Part shown: positions 1-12,200 of the stretch, piece after piece
Layout of the letters: each line of letters starts with the position of its first letter
Numbering within the stretch: the stretch's first letter is position 1
Assembly: GCA_030704615.1 (NCBI GenBank)
Contig: CM060733.1
Span: 39,308,001-39,372,000 of the forward strand
From: Takakia lepidozioides
Taxonomy: Eukaryota; Plantae; Bryophyta
DNA length: 64,000 bases
Reading direction: 5' to 3'
Position numbers and translations under genes: made by a program
The notes under the pieces: generated by a model
The model's database searches: none
Told to the model about the DNA's origin: nothing
What the model saw: the letters and a program-made list of their open reading frames with translations, nothing else

Positions 1-457
1 CCAGTTGAAGCTATGGTTAAAGTGCTTTCTTGGAATCTGCGAAATGTTAAACCAACTTCAGGTAAATCCACTATTGGAGGAGCCTTCCCAGCTGTTAGTG
101 GTCCCATTTGGTTCTCCTCTCATCCCCTGCCTGGCCGTCCCCACATTGCTGAGCCCAAAGTGGATGCAGGGTCATGGCCATTAGCCCTTGGGAGAAAAAC
201 ACTGATGAGTAAATGCACTTCTCTCTCTCTCTTCTCTCTCTCTCTTCACAAGGCTACGGCAAACGTCTTATGAGTACAATCTCTTCTTCCCCCTAGCCCT
301 GGTTACATTTATGCTTGTGACCAGCTAGAGGAAAGCTCAATGTCACAAATGAGCCTTTTGTGTACCGGCAAAGGTTTGCAATCATGACTACATCCTGTGT
401 GTTCTGTGTACCTCTTTCTGCCTTCCGCGTCCCTCAGCAATGTGCTGTTCTTTGCAG

Positions 458-592
458 GGGCAAGGTGGTGTGACCATAAAGAAGACCAATATTGCCCTGT
501 TGTTTGGCATCTATGATGACTCAGTCACCCCAGGCGAGTGCAACGTTGTGGTGGAGAGGCTTGGGGACTATCTAATTGACCAGGGCTTTTAA
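458..592 (+). CDS. PRF: Profilin, last exon (upstream exons lie outside the window)
   Basis: After the acceptor tttgcag the frame reads [44 protein letters not shown], the typical C-terminal exon of plant profilin. Confidence 0.93.
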   Translation, partial: GQGGVTIKKTNIALLFGIYDDSVTPGECNVVVERLGDYLIDQGF

Positions 593-1584
593 GGAGGCAC
601 TTGTGGCTTTTGCCTGCCCATTGCTTCCTATCATGGTGTGAGTGTGGATCAGTTTGTACTCAGCTATGGGCCGGTTTTGGGTATCTTACTAAGGTACTCA
701 GTATATTGCATTAGGTGCAATAGGGTGGGATTTTCCGTTGATTTGAAAATGTCCACAGTAAATCCCTGGGGAAGGGGAGCTGGGTAGCTGTGTTGGGCAT
801 GCTTTGTAGTAGAGATCAACTCACTTGCTGATTGGCCTGCTTCGTTATGGATGTTCTTGATACCGATAAATGTGAAAGGATATTAGACTTGTTCACTAGC
901 TCTTCTGGGTTGAGTTGTTTTAAGTGCTACTACGGTTCCAATCGCGGAATAACTAAGTCGGGGTCCTGATTTGTTATGGTCTGAAAGATAGGTTGATGTC
1001 CTGCTATCTTGAAAAGTACATGAGAGGTCCTACCACCCTAGCTACTAAGTTGTGTAATGGCTCTTTGCAATTAGTGGTATATATTCTAGTGTGGACTCAA
1101 GGTCTAGTAGTGTAGAGCAGGAATAGGGGGCCATAGTGTCATGTTCAGCCCCGGCATCATCGTAATTTTTAAAGCTGCCTGGAAAAAATGAATTTTGAAA
1201 ATTGTTATTTTGCACGTCCTCATTCTTAAACTTGATGGAGGAGTACAATCTGATGGTACTTTTTCCGGTGCCGCGGGTTTAGAGCTGACTCCATTAATTC
1301 ATTTTATGGCTATTGCTCCTATCAAGGGTGGGTTCTATGTACGGTTTTTTTTTTTCACAGAACAGGGGACGGTGGCCCTGGAATTTATTAATTGGAAATG
1401 GAAGAACAAGGAGGAAAAAATAACCTCCAGGGGGCCGTGAAGGCGCAAAACGGAAGGGGAACAACCAAGGGCCTAAGAGGTTGGGGGGAAGAGGAGGATC
1501 GATCAGCGAAGGCCAGTCCCGGCCACCAGACAAGGAGATAGATCTTAAATGGAAAACATTGCTATGAAGAGAACCAGAACCATT

Positions 1585-2090
1585 CTATTCTGCACCATTG
1601 TAACTAAGCCGTGTTTTGATCCGGGGGATCCTCAGCTTGCGGTGCCTCCAGTTGACCTTGTGGTTTTCTGTATCAATCGGGGACTTGCCAGCAATGGGGG
1701 AGGGCATAATGCCAGATGACTGACGATTCAGAGGTGCGGGTGCAGAGAACGTTATCCTTGCTCCAGGAGAGATTGAATTCCGAGTAGAGTTGTTGTTGCC
1801 GGCTCTCTCCACATCTGTTGCAAGCAAAGACCCCATGCCTTCTGCCCCTCAGTCATCAGGTCCGAATAAATTCTATGTAGAATGAACCTGTTGCTGGGGC
1901 GCCATCCCTCATACATATGCACACCTGGACTTCCAAAGAGTCCATAAGGTGTGTGCTCTGAGACCACACTGGGCAGCTACTCCACAAATGGGCGGAAGAC
2001 CAATTTAGAAGAAATAAGAGCGAAGAGGAGGATCCCACTACTGCCCAAGTAGAGTAAAAAGAGCAAACCATCCTGGCTGGAAACAAACAG
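1585..2090 (-). mobile_element. Possible decayed LINE ORF1 (DUF4283-like) remnant
   Basis: Broken minus-strand frames 'HTPYGLFGSPGVHMYEGWRPS' and 'GKSPIDTENHKVNWRHRKLRIPRIKTRL' loosely resemble the GPW..W.P and G....D...R..ARV segments of plant LINE ORF1. Weak, by-eye resemblance only. Confidence 0.25.
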
Positions 2091-2973
2091 TCAACAAGAC
2101 AGTGCTCAATTGACTCGGGGGTGTGCCTAGCACATACTCAGCAATCCGGGGCTTCGACAGCCAAGAAGGCAGCCGATTTTCCAAAGAAAGGCTGCTATTT
2201 TGGCCGTTTTTTCTAAGTCAAAATTTCAACAAGTAGATTTAAAATATTTACATAGAGATCAAATAGACGGACGTAATTTATTTTTTCATACACTTAATAT
2301 CTACTAGGGTCCAGTGTTATCTAAGTCCAAGTGCAATCCCCTATGTATTCAAGTGCGTCAAGGCCCTATGTCGAGGACAAGGCGACGAGGCCCAAGTGTG
2401 AAGAATTGAAATTGATATGCTAAAATGAAGTTGGATGTTGGTTGAGTTACAAAGAATGTGTGGTACATGAATGAACTAATGTTTAAGGAATATTGTAGAT
2501 ATGAACAAAAGCTATTTTTCACAAATTTTAAGTGACCAAAAGTACTTGAAATTTTACATCTCCCACATCGTAGGTCCAAAAATTATGGTCGGTGTGCATC
2601 CCTCCTCATTGAGGGCTTTCGGTGGTACCAACCATCATGGCTGGGCCTGTGGTTTGGGTGATCTCAAAGCTACAAAACAAAACAAAAAACTTACATCGCT
2701 TCATATATTGATAGGGTAGCCAGTGTTGTTATGAGTGAAGAATTGAAAATAACACTTCATTTTGTACCTCGCTTCTATGGAATTTTGGGGTAGATCTTAC
2801 TTCTTTTGAGGCACATACCTAACTTAGTTCTTGGACTACATAGTCCATGAACATTCATAGTCTGGATGATTGTGTCTGTACAGTCATTTTAAATCACTTT
2901 TCTTTTCCATGAATTCTAGCGACGACCGCATGTCGGAAGCTAGTTTAGCGTAGAGCAGGAATAGGGTGCCATA

Positions 2974-5900
2974 GTGCCACGTTTTCGTCGCCAGGTCATC
3001 GTCGCCACGTTTCGTCGTCAAATTCTTTGGAATCTGTCCGAGCTGCCCGCCCGGAAAACGCCAATAGAATTTCGCGCCAAGTGTTTCCAAACTGCCCAAA
3101 CTGCCCCGCGTCTTGATTTCCTGAACCGCAGGAGGGGTTTCACAGGCCGATCGCGATTCGCAGATGGAGATGTTCAAATTTTATGAGTACGCAGCAGGAG
3201 CTCTCGCAGCAGATGGTGGGACAACCGCAATCGCAAGGTGTGGCTTTTCTTAATGTACGATGTGAAGAAGTTTGTCCGTCCTGCAAATGGGGGCTCTTAG
3301 TACCCTGATTTGGTATTGTTCCTGATGTTGGGAGAATCAGCTTGGTCTAAGCAGGCCATGTTTTCAATCTCTGCTTGCTCAGCTGCACCGTGGTGGTTCT
3401 CACATACAATCGGACATTACCTAACTACAGACACAAACAGGACACACAGAGGTCCTTTTGGGTTGATGGTCGGCCAAATCCTCCATGGGTCATGACACAA
3501 GGTCAAGGACAATGTGGTGAGGGCACCTTCTTCTACTACCTATTTCAGCCTGTTTTTCCCTCTCATCATACCTGACCCTGACAAGCTTTGGAATGAACAC
3601 TTTTCCGACCCCAGTCAATGGTGGGACAATGGAGACAAAAAGGTGAATGCATGTTGGACTACAGAGAGAAGCAGATGCAATTCAGAATTGGGTTGGTCAG
3701 TGTCAGCTGCTAGCAGGTCTCCATGGGTCATGAAACAAGGTCAAGGACAATATGGTGAGGGCACCTTCTTCTTCGACCTATTTCAGCCTGTTTTTCCCTC
3801 TCTCATATTCGACCCTGAGATGTGGGTCCAGATTCATCCAAGAGGGCCAAATTTCAAGCTCCAGATCACCTATGATTCCATGTGGAAGGATAGCTACAAG
3901 AAACCTGCATGGGTAGATGGTCAACTGGAAGCCGCAGCAGCAGCGGTACAATTGACAAATTCAGGCACTGCTAATGAAGGCACCTTCTTCAAAACATTTC
4001 ACCCTGTTTTTCCCTCTTATCACAATCAGCCCTAAATTTTCATGTTGAATTATGCAAGTTAGCTGGTTGAGTGAACCGTTGATAGTTTGAAGTGACTTTG
4101 ACATGATACTGCCAATGTGACAACAGGGAAGTATCCAGAAACAGGTAACAGAGACGAGGAGAGACGAGGAGAGGCTGTGGAATGAATACTTTTCTGACCC
4201 CAGTCAATGGTGGGACAATGGAGGCAAAAGGTGAATGCCTGTTGGATTACAGAGAGTAGCAGATGCAATTGAGGATAGGAACTAGAGTGATAAGTTGAGT
4301 TGGGTGTTTCCTAGAATAAATCTAGGCTGTCATTGTCAGCTGATAGCAGCAAGGCAAGGATGTATGTATGATTTGTGCAGATGTGGGTGGACAGGTTCAT
4401 CCAAGAGGGCCACTTCAAGCTCCAAATGACCTATGATTCCATGTGGATCAATAGCTACAATAAACCTACATGGGTAGATGGTCAACTAAAGGCAGCAGCT
4501 GCAGCGGCACAGTTGATAGAATCAGGCACCTCAACCATGACCACAGCTTCTGAAAGAGGATCAAGAGAGGGAGTCCACAATGCCTCTTCTGGAACTTCTG
4601 GGCATGTGAAGATACTTTGTGCGGTAGGCAACCTGACAGAGGCTCTACAGACTTCAAACCAAGGAGGCATTTCAGCAGATTCAGATACGGATGTCTGTCT
4701 CTTGCTTAAGTGCATGAAGATGGAAGGTCTGGAAGCTGGAAAGCAGATGCACACTCACATTATCCAAATTGGATTCACAACAAATGTTTTTCTACTCAAC
4801 ACCCTTGTCCAGCCTGCAAATCTTAGTTCAATCTCTGTCTGCTCAGCTGCACCGTGGTGGTTCTTACATACCAATCCGAAGTTACCTGACTACAGACACA
4901 AGCAGCACACACAAGAGGTCCTTTTGGGTTGATGGTCGGCCAAATCCTCCATGGGTCATGACACAAGGTCAAGGACAATGTGGTGAGGGCACATTCTTCG
5001 ACCTATTTCAACCTGTTTTGCCCTCTCATCAGACTCAGCCCTGAGATGCATATTGAATTCTGTAAGTTAGCTGGTTGGGTACCATGATTTGGTATTCTTC
5101 ATGATGTTTACAAGGTTTTTGGGAGAGTAAGCTTGGTCTTAGCAGGCCGTGCCCTCCAATGTCACTTTCATTCTACTCTCAAGGCATGTGCCAACATAGG
5201 TGCCCTCAAAAAGGGAAAACAAGTCCAAACTGGCATTTGGAAAGCTGGAATTGCACCAAATGTCATTCTAGAGACTGCCCTTGCTGCCATGTAGGCCAAG
5301 TGCGGGAGCATGAAGGAGGCCCGTCAATTTTTCGACAATATGGCTGGACGAGATGTGGTTTCATTGTGCGATGATTGCTGTAGGATATGCTCAGCAAGGG
5401 TGTGGTCACCTTGGAGACCTATGAGCAAATGATATGGGAAGGGTGGGTACCGGACAAAGTCACATTCACTTCCGTTCTCAATGCATGTGGCAGCCTGGCA
5501 GACCTGGAAAAGGGCAAAAAGATCCATGCTGGTATTATCAAAACCAGAATTGAGCCAAATATCGTCCTGGAAACTGCTCTTGCTAACATGTATGCCAAAT
5601 GGGGAACATGACGGATGCGCATCTAGTGTTTGACAATATGGCTCGACAAAATGTGGTCTCTTGAAGTGCGATGATCGCAGGATATGCTCAGCTTGGATGT
5701 GGTAAAAAGGCTTTGGAGATCTATGAGCAAATGATACAGAAAGGGGTTATGCCCAACCAGGTAACGTTTGTGTGCGTTCTCAATGCATGTGCTAGCCTGG
5801 TGGACCTGGAAAAGGGCACAGAGATCCATGCTGACATCATCAAATATGGAATTAAGCCCAATATCATTCTGCAGAATACCCTTGTTGACATGTATGCCAA

Positions 5901-7769
5901 GTGGGGGAACTTAACAGATGCATGTCAAGTGTTTGAAAATATGGCGAACGAGATGTGGTCTCATGGAGTGCAATGATTTCAGGATATGCCCAGCATGGAT
6001 GTGGTATGGAGGCTTTGGAGACATATGAGCGAATGATATGGGAAGGGGTGACATCCAATCTGGCATTACTTGACTACAGACACAAGCAGCACACACAAGA
6101 GGTCCTTCTGGGTTGATGGTCGGTCAAATCCTCCATGGGTCATGACACAAGGTCAAGGACAATGTGGTGAGGATCCACCTTCTTGTTCGACCTATTTCAA
6201 CCTGTTTCGCCCTCTAATCAGACTCGGCCTTGAGATGCATATTGAATTCTGTAAGTTAGCTCGTTGGGTGGATATGTGGTGGTTTGGAGTGACTTTGACA
6301 AGTTACTGCCGATGTGGCAGCTGGAAAGTATCCAAAAACAGATAACAGAGATGAGGAGAAGCTTTGGAATGAACGCAGGTTCCAGAAACAGGTAACAAAG
6401 ACGAGGAGAAGCTGTGGAATGAATACTTTTCTGACCCCAGTCAATGGTGGGACAATCGAGGCAAAAAAGTGAATGTCTGTTACAGAGAGTAGGAGATGAA
6501 ATTGAGCATAGGAACTGGTGTGATAAGTTGAGTTGGGTGTTTCCTCGAAAAAATCTTGGCTGTCAGTGTCAGCTGCTAGCAACAACGCAAGGATGTATGC
6601 ATGATTTGTGCATGGATAGCTGAAGGAGCAGGGGAAAGAGTATGGGTCCAGATTCACTGCTAATGAAGGCACCTTCTTCAACACATTTCACCCTGTTTTT
6701 CCCTCTTATCAGAATCGACCCTAAATTTCCATGTTGAATTCTGCAAGTTAGCTGGTTGAGTGAATCTAGTTTGGAGTGACTTTGACATGATACTGCCAAT
6801 GCGACAACATGAAAGTATCCAAAAACAGGTAACAGAGACGAGGAGAAGTTGTGGAATTAATACTTTTCTGACCCCGGTCAATGGTGGGAAAGGTGAATGC
6901 CTGTCAGATTACCAGATGTCATTCTGAACACTGCCCTGGTGGACATGTATGTCTTGAGCAGTAGCACCCAGGTGATATCCTTGTCTGATATCAGGATATC
7001 TCAGCAGGGGTGTAGTAGGGAGGCTTTCAAGAGCTATGAGCAGATGATACGAGAAGGGGTGTTGCCTGATAAGGTTACCTTTATTTGTGTTCTGAAGGCG
7101 GCTGCCACCCTGGCAGCCCTGGAAAAGGGCATAGAGGTCCACGCGGACATCATTAAAGCTGGAATACTGACAGACAACATTCTCGAGAATACCCTCGTTA
7201 ACATGTATGCCAAGTGTGGGAGCTTGAAACATTCACGCCAAGTGTTCGACAACATGGTTGAACGGGATGTGGTTTCATGGAGTGCGATTATTGCAGGATA
7301 TGCTCAGCATGGGTGTGGCGGAGACGTTCTGCAACTGTTTGAAGAAATGCAACAAGAAGGCATGAAGCCAAGCAGTATCACCTTTACATATGTTCTCTCT
7401 ACATGTAGTCATGTGGGCCTGGTGGATGATGGTTGCCATTACTTTGATTCCATGAGTCGGGATCATGGGCTCACTCCCAAAGTGGAGCATTTTGGCTGCG
7501 TGGTAGACCTCCTTGGCCGTGCAGGCCACCTGAATGAGGCAGAGGACTTAATTAAAAGAATGCCAAATGAACCAGATGCTGCAGTGTGGGGGGCCTTGCT
7601 TGGTGCCTGCAGAATTTTTGGTAATGTGGATGTAGCAGAACGTGCAGCATACAATAAACCTGCATGGGTAGATGGTCAACTGGAAGCCGCAGCAGCAGCG
7701 GCACAATTGATAAAATCAGGCACTGCTACTCAAGGTGATGTCATGCCTGACTCGTTTGATTCATGTTGA
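2974..7769 (+). pseudogene. Rearranged pseudogene: transit peptide + OSB-type PDF motifs + PLS-class PPR array + E domain (no DYW)
   Basis: Arg-rich transit-like N-terminus (2974-3186) followed by QIL*..RWWDNRNRK|gt. PDF-like motifs: LWNEYFSDPSQWWDNRGKK, HPRGPNFKLQITYDSMWKDSYKKPAWV, WWFLHTNPKLPDYRHKQ..FWVDGRPNPPWV. PPR repeats (VTFVCVLNACASLVDLEKG, NTLVDMYAKCG, DVVSWSAIIAGYAQHG) contain frameshifts and stops. E domain: EHFGCVVDLLGRAGHLNEAE..PDAAVWGALLGACRIFGNVDVAERAA. Confidence 0.85.
6897..7769 (+). CDS. Longest intact fragment of the PPR locus: PLS repeats + E1/E2, fused at ~7650 to a duplicated PDF-motif tail
   Basis: 290-aa ORF with L/S/P2-L2-S2-type repeats and an E domain, then YNKPAWVDGQLEAAAAAAQLIKSG copied from the 3895/4455 segments. 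Confidence 0.6.
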   Translation: MPVRLPDVILNTALVDMYVLSSSTQVISLSDIRISQQGCSREAFKSYEQMIREGVLPDKVTFICVLKAAATLAALEKGIEVHADIIKAGILTDNILENTLVNMYAKCGSLKHSRQVFDNMVERDVVSWSAIIAGYAQHGCGGDVLQLFEEMQQEGMKPSSITFTYVLSTCSHVGLVDDGCHYFDSMSRDHGLTPKVEHFGCVVDLLGRAGHLNEAEDLIKRMPNEPDAAVWGALLGACRIFGNVDVAERAAYNKPAWVDGQLEAAAAAAQLIKSGTATQGDVMPDSFDSC

Positions 7770-8219
7770 CAAAGTTCAGAAGGTTCTAAGCTGCCCTAGT
7801 GGTATAGTTGCATCCCTCTAAATACTGCCCTTCATTCTGTACCAATTGTCACATGTGAGGGGTCAAACACAGACTGAAAATCTTAGAGAGTTCTTCATAT
7901 GAACTGCTTGCACACTTAAATATGGCTATGGCACAGGGCGACTGCTACTGATAGGTGGATCCAACAAGGCTGTTTTGCTTCTCATCTTCTGAGCATTTGT
8001 TGTTGTGTCACCTTCTTCAACACATTTCACCCTGTTTTTCCCTCTTATCAGAATCGGCCCTAAAGTTTCATGTCAAGTCACAGCTGCTAGTGGTTGAATT
8101 ATTCTGATACAGCACTGAAGGTGGCCTGCTCAAAGTTTGTGGCCTGTTGTTTAAAGCAATGTTTGTGGAACTTTGGTAGTTGTAGCTGGGTATAGATGAT
8201 GTTGTGATCAAAAGTCTTG

Positions 8220-8790
8220 CTGCTCAGCTGCCCACCAGTGGTTTTCACCGGATTTGAAGAAGTGTACAAAGGAGGTCCTCTGGATTGAGAGCTGGTCGAC
8301 CTCTTCTTGGATAAGATACAAGGTCAAACACAATCTGCTGATGGTTCTTTACCGCATGGAGCTCAGGACAGAGAACACCACAGGTATTTGAGGGTTCCAA
8401 CTCAAAAGAGATAAAACTCTAACAGTTTATTGTCAAGTAGATGGCTTTAAGTAGATGTACAACTGTTGATAAGTAGCTAGAAGCCTGTCCCCATGAAGAG
8501 ATATTTCAGAACTTAGAGGACCAAAAGAGGGAGTCAACAGGGACCCTTCTAGCACTCGTGGGTATTTGAGGATACTATGTAAAGTAGGCCGACTGGAAGA
8601 GGCAGTGCACCTTTTGAACAAACCAGGCATGCGACCAGACTCCAATACATATGTATGTCCCTTGCAGGAGTGCATGAAAAAAAAAGACATGGCTCAAGGA
8701 AAGCAGCTGCACATCCACAGTCAAAAGTGGATTCAGGCCAAATGTCCTTCTACTGCACACCCTTGTTAACATGTATGCTAAATGTGGTTG
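8220..8790 (+). pseudogene. Second, diverged PDF-motif/PPR N-terminal fragment
   Basis: SAAHQWFSPDLKKCTKEVLWIESW (8224-8300) and LRILCKVGRLEEAVHLL..PDSNTYVCPLQEC...TLVNMYAKCG (8566-8790), paralogous to 4560-4810; frameshifted. Confidence 0.7.
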
Positions 8791-9047
8791 AGAGGGGTTC
8801 TATTTCTGCATGCCTGTGCCTGTGGGAGGTCACAAAGGTAGCCATGTTGGACTATAATTGCTGGGCAGCTCCTTTTGTTCCTCACAAAACATAGAGTCGA
8901 TGGCCACAAGGCTACAACACTAACCAAATAATACCATATGAGTACATTGTAATCATATTTGAACTTTCGCATGGATGCAAATGTTTTCTTTTGACATCTG
9001 GCGCAATACCAGATTTCATGATCTCAGAATGGACCTGCTTGCCCTAG

Positions 9048-9137
9048 TTCTCCAAGGCTGCCAGGCTGGCACAAGCTTTAAGAATACAAACAAAGGTGAC
9101 CTCATTGGGTTTTGTCCCTTCCTGTATCATCTCATCA
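9048..9137 (-). pseudogene. Inverted PPR fragment
   Basis: Minus strand reads DEMIQEGTKPNEVTFVCILKACASLAALE. Confidence 0.75.
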
Positions 9138-9299
9138 ATGTCCCTCCTGCAGAGTTCCATCTGCTCCTTGCCATTACCACAGATTCAGCTCAAAGCTGAA
9201 ATGTGCTTTGCCATCTGCAAAGAAGCCTCAAAAGATTATATTAAAGCAATTGCAGCAGAAACTAGAACCCAACCCATCTATCATTAGAGTGAAAATTCA

Positions 9300-12200
9300 G
9301 AGCTGAAAGCTGTCCACCAAGGCTTTCATCAAATTCATTCGTTACTAAGGTTTTTTATTTTTTTTTCAATCTTTCTAAATGTTATTAATCATCTAGGTGT
9401 ATGGAGTATCATCTACACTTCTAATCTTGTGGCTGGTCATGTGGATATAAAAGTCGTCCATTGAGTCACTAAGAAGGCACATATTCATGTTGGATTTGAT
9501 ACATTGGCTAGCGGCCTTGAGAAGCAAAAAACATCAACTATATTCAGAGTGTTGTCACCATGAACATGACATTGATCAACCACCTTTTACAAAATGGAAA
9601 GAATAATTCATAAGTTTTACTATTGCCAAAAGTTATGATGTATGTTGGAAAGATATGTGAGCAAGGCTTGTTGAAAAGCTCTCATAGCATTGCTGATGTG
9701 CACATAGATCTTCACATGAACTATATAATCGAACTAGTGGTGGGTCTTCTAGACTATTTACAATACTACAAAATTCGTGTATTATCACTTCCAAAGTTTT
9801 CATGCGGATAAGCTGGTGAAACTTCTTTCAAAATCTAAAGAATTTCACATTTGTTATTTTACCGATAATGATCACCAAAGTATTATTTTGAGAGAGAGAA
9901 CAAATTGGGCAATCTGCTTTTGTTTAGTCTTAAGAACGAAATTTATGGACAATATATTTTACCTTTCAAGAGACCAATTGATTTCCACATGAATCTTCAT
10001 TTAATATTTGACATTAGCTAAGTTTTCTTGGTTCTACGACCGAATAGCAGGCATAATATTGCATCTGGACCGAGAGGAGGATGAATATCTTTGGGAAGGT
10101 TTACATTTTTATAGGGGCAACAATAACTTTTGTACCTTGCTGCCACCCATCTAGCTCCTCCACAGAACTGCAGAATTTGATTAGTGACACATGTGGCTAA
10201 GTTCTTCTTTCAATCCTAATTATCATTGCCCCTAGATAGAAAGGCACACCCCTTCCCTAGAAGGTGGCCAATTTTGTGATATTGACCGAAAAACCAGTAA
10301 GGTTGTGCAAGAAGAAAGCATTTGCATGAAACAAATTATTATGAATAATTCATCAATTGAACATAACCCATAATTACTATACACTAACCATTGTAAGGTA
10401 GACCATGGCGAAACTGCTATCCATGAAGCTCCACATGACGCCAAGTTTGAAAAGGGTGACGCGGATGAGGACGAGTACAAGGACCTTCGAAAGTGGCATT
10501 TATGATAGCATTCCTAAGTTAATCATGTACAGTTCAGTTTCCGATGCATGGAGCTATTAGGGAATCCCCATTGTGCACTGCTGCACACAGTGCATTGTCA
10601 TACTCCAACAATGTTGAATACCTCACCTCGTCCCAAGAAGCCTTGCATCCTACAGTAGTGCACCAAATCTACAAAGATGTAGCCTGAAGATGGAGACTAA
10701 AATTTGGAATAAGAGTTCGAATAATTTGAAATCATTTTTGTCACTCTTGCAAAATGGTAATATAAGGGGTGTGCATTGTGCTCTGAAGGTCATTATGCGC
10801 CTCAACTCCTTGTTGTGAATAAAATAATGAAATGATCATTTAGAGAATTGTGGTTGGTTAGCCCCATCGATAAATGCATGTCAAACGGTTGTTATCAGTT
10901 GAAACTAATTTAGTATTTTTAGTAATCAGGAGCTCCAAATCATTACAGAACAAGATACCTTTGACTTGAGCCTTGAAGTCAAAGTGTACAACACTTAAAA
11001 AATCTTTCAAGCAAATCAATTGCAAGTCGTTTTTTTAGCAACACAACTGCATGAACCATAGGTTCAATACTATCATTGTGACTCACGATCCCAAAGCTTT
11101 AAAAGTCTACCTAGAACTCAATTTAAGAATCAGGGAATTGCTACGTATGCTGAAGGACACAGTAATCCAACTGCTTATTAGGTCAAAAATCATCCGATAT
11201 TTGCATAATGCTTTCTTGTGACATGATGTTTTTCATGGTGTTATATATGCAGATATGCATATATGCACAAGGTGTTACTAGTGTTCTTCACCACCTCAAT
11301 TTGTACCATGCTTTCTTGAGATCTGCAGCTGTATTTGTGTGCTGCTCAAGGCAAATGTGGGGAGGGCAAGCTGTACGTCAGCGGACCCACGTAAGGGTCG
11401 GTGGTGGCCTCCACCATAACTGGATGTTGCCTGGATCATGCCCCCCTCCCCCTCCCTCGCACTAGTAAATACCTTTCCCTCATCTGCGCTACATTTTCTG
11501 TCTTTTCTTAGGTCATTTTTTGGTTGTTTGTTATTTTTTAAAATTTCAGGATTGGAGAACTTGGAACATCATCTGGGTTCCATCAATGTCAATCTCAATT
11601 TGCATCGAAACATGGACCCAAATGGAGTGGCATTCATAAGGATGAAGATGGAGCTGATTTTCGTGCAATTCAAGATGTTTAGATATGTAGTTATGCACAA
11701 GGTGTTCCTGGTGTTCTTCACCACCTCAATTTTTTATTTACTCACAGTCAATGTCATCCTTCGCCTACAAAGCTTGTGCCAAAAATTCATATAGATGTTA
11801 CAAGTAGTAAACAACTTGACAGACACAGTGAATATGCTTCATATAATGAAAGATCGTGTAGCTTACAACATGCATACATGCACAAAATCAAACAATGGGA
11901 TGTGAGAATCTAAAAAAGAAAACCAATCTACAAATGCGTAGAAGGTCATAATCCTAAAGCGCATGTAGAAGTTACTAACCCATGACATACCCAATATGCA
12001 CAACTGCAATATTTGTGCTAAATCTGACCTTATCAACATGTGTTGACACCTCTTGCTTAGTGCTACATACAAATCATGATTTTGGCCGTCCTATTGATTT
12101 CATGATATATCCTAAATTTGAAGGAGAATCCTTCTTGTAGGTCAAATCACAGATATAGAAAAAATCAACGCCAATCTATGTACCTAAGGTAATGTAATGT

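Noticed and set aside
6897-7769. Functional DYW-type RNA editing factor
   Set aside because: No E+/DYW (HxE..CxxC) sequence follows the E domain, and upstream repeats are frameshifted.
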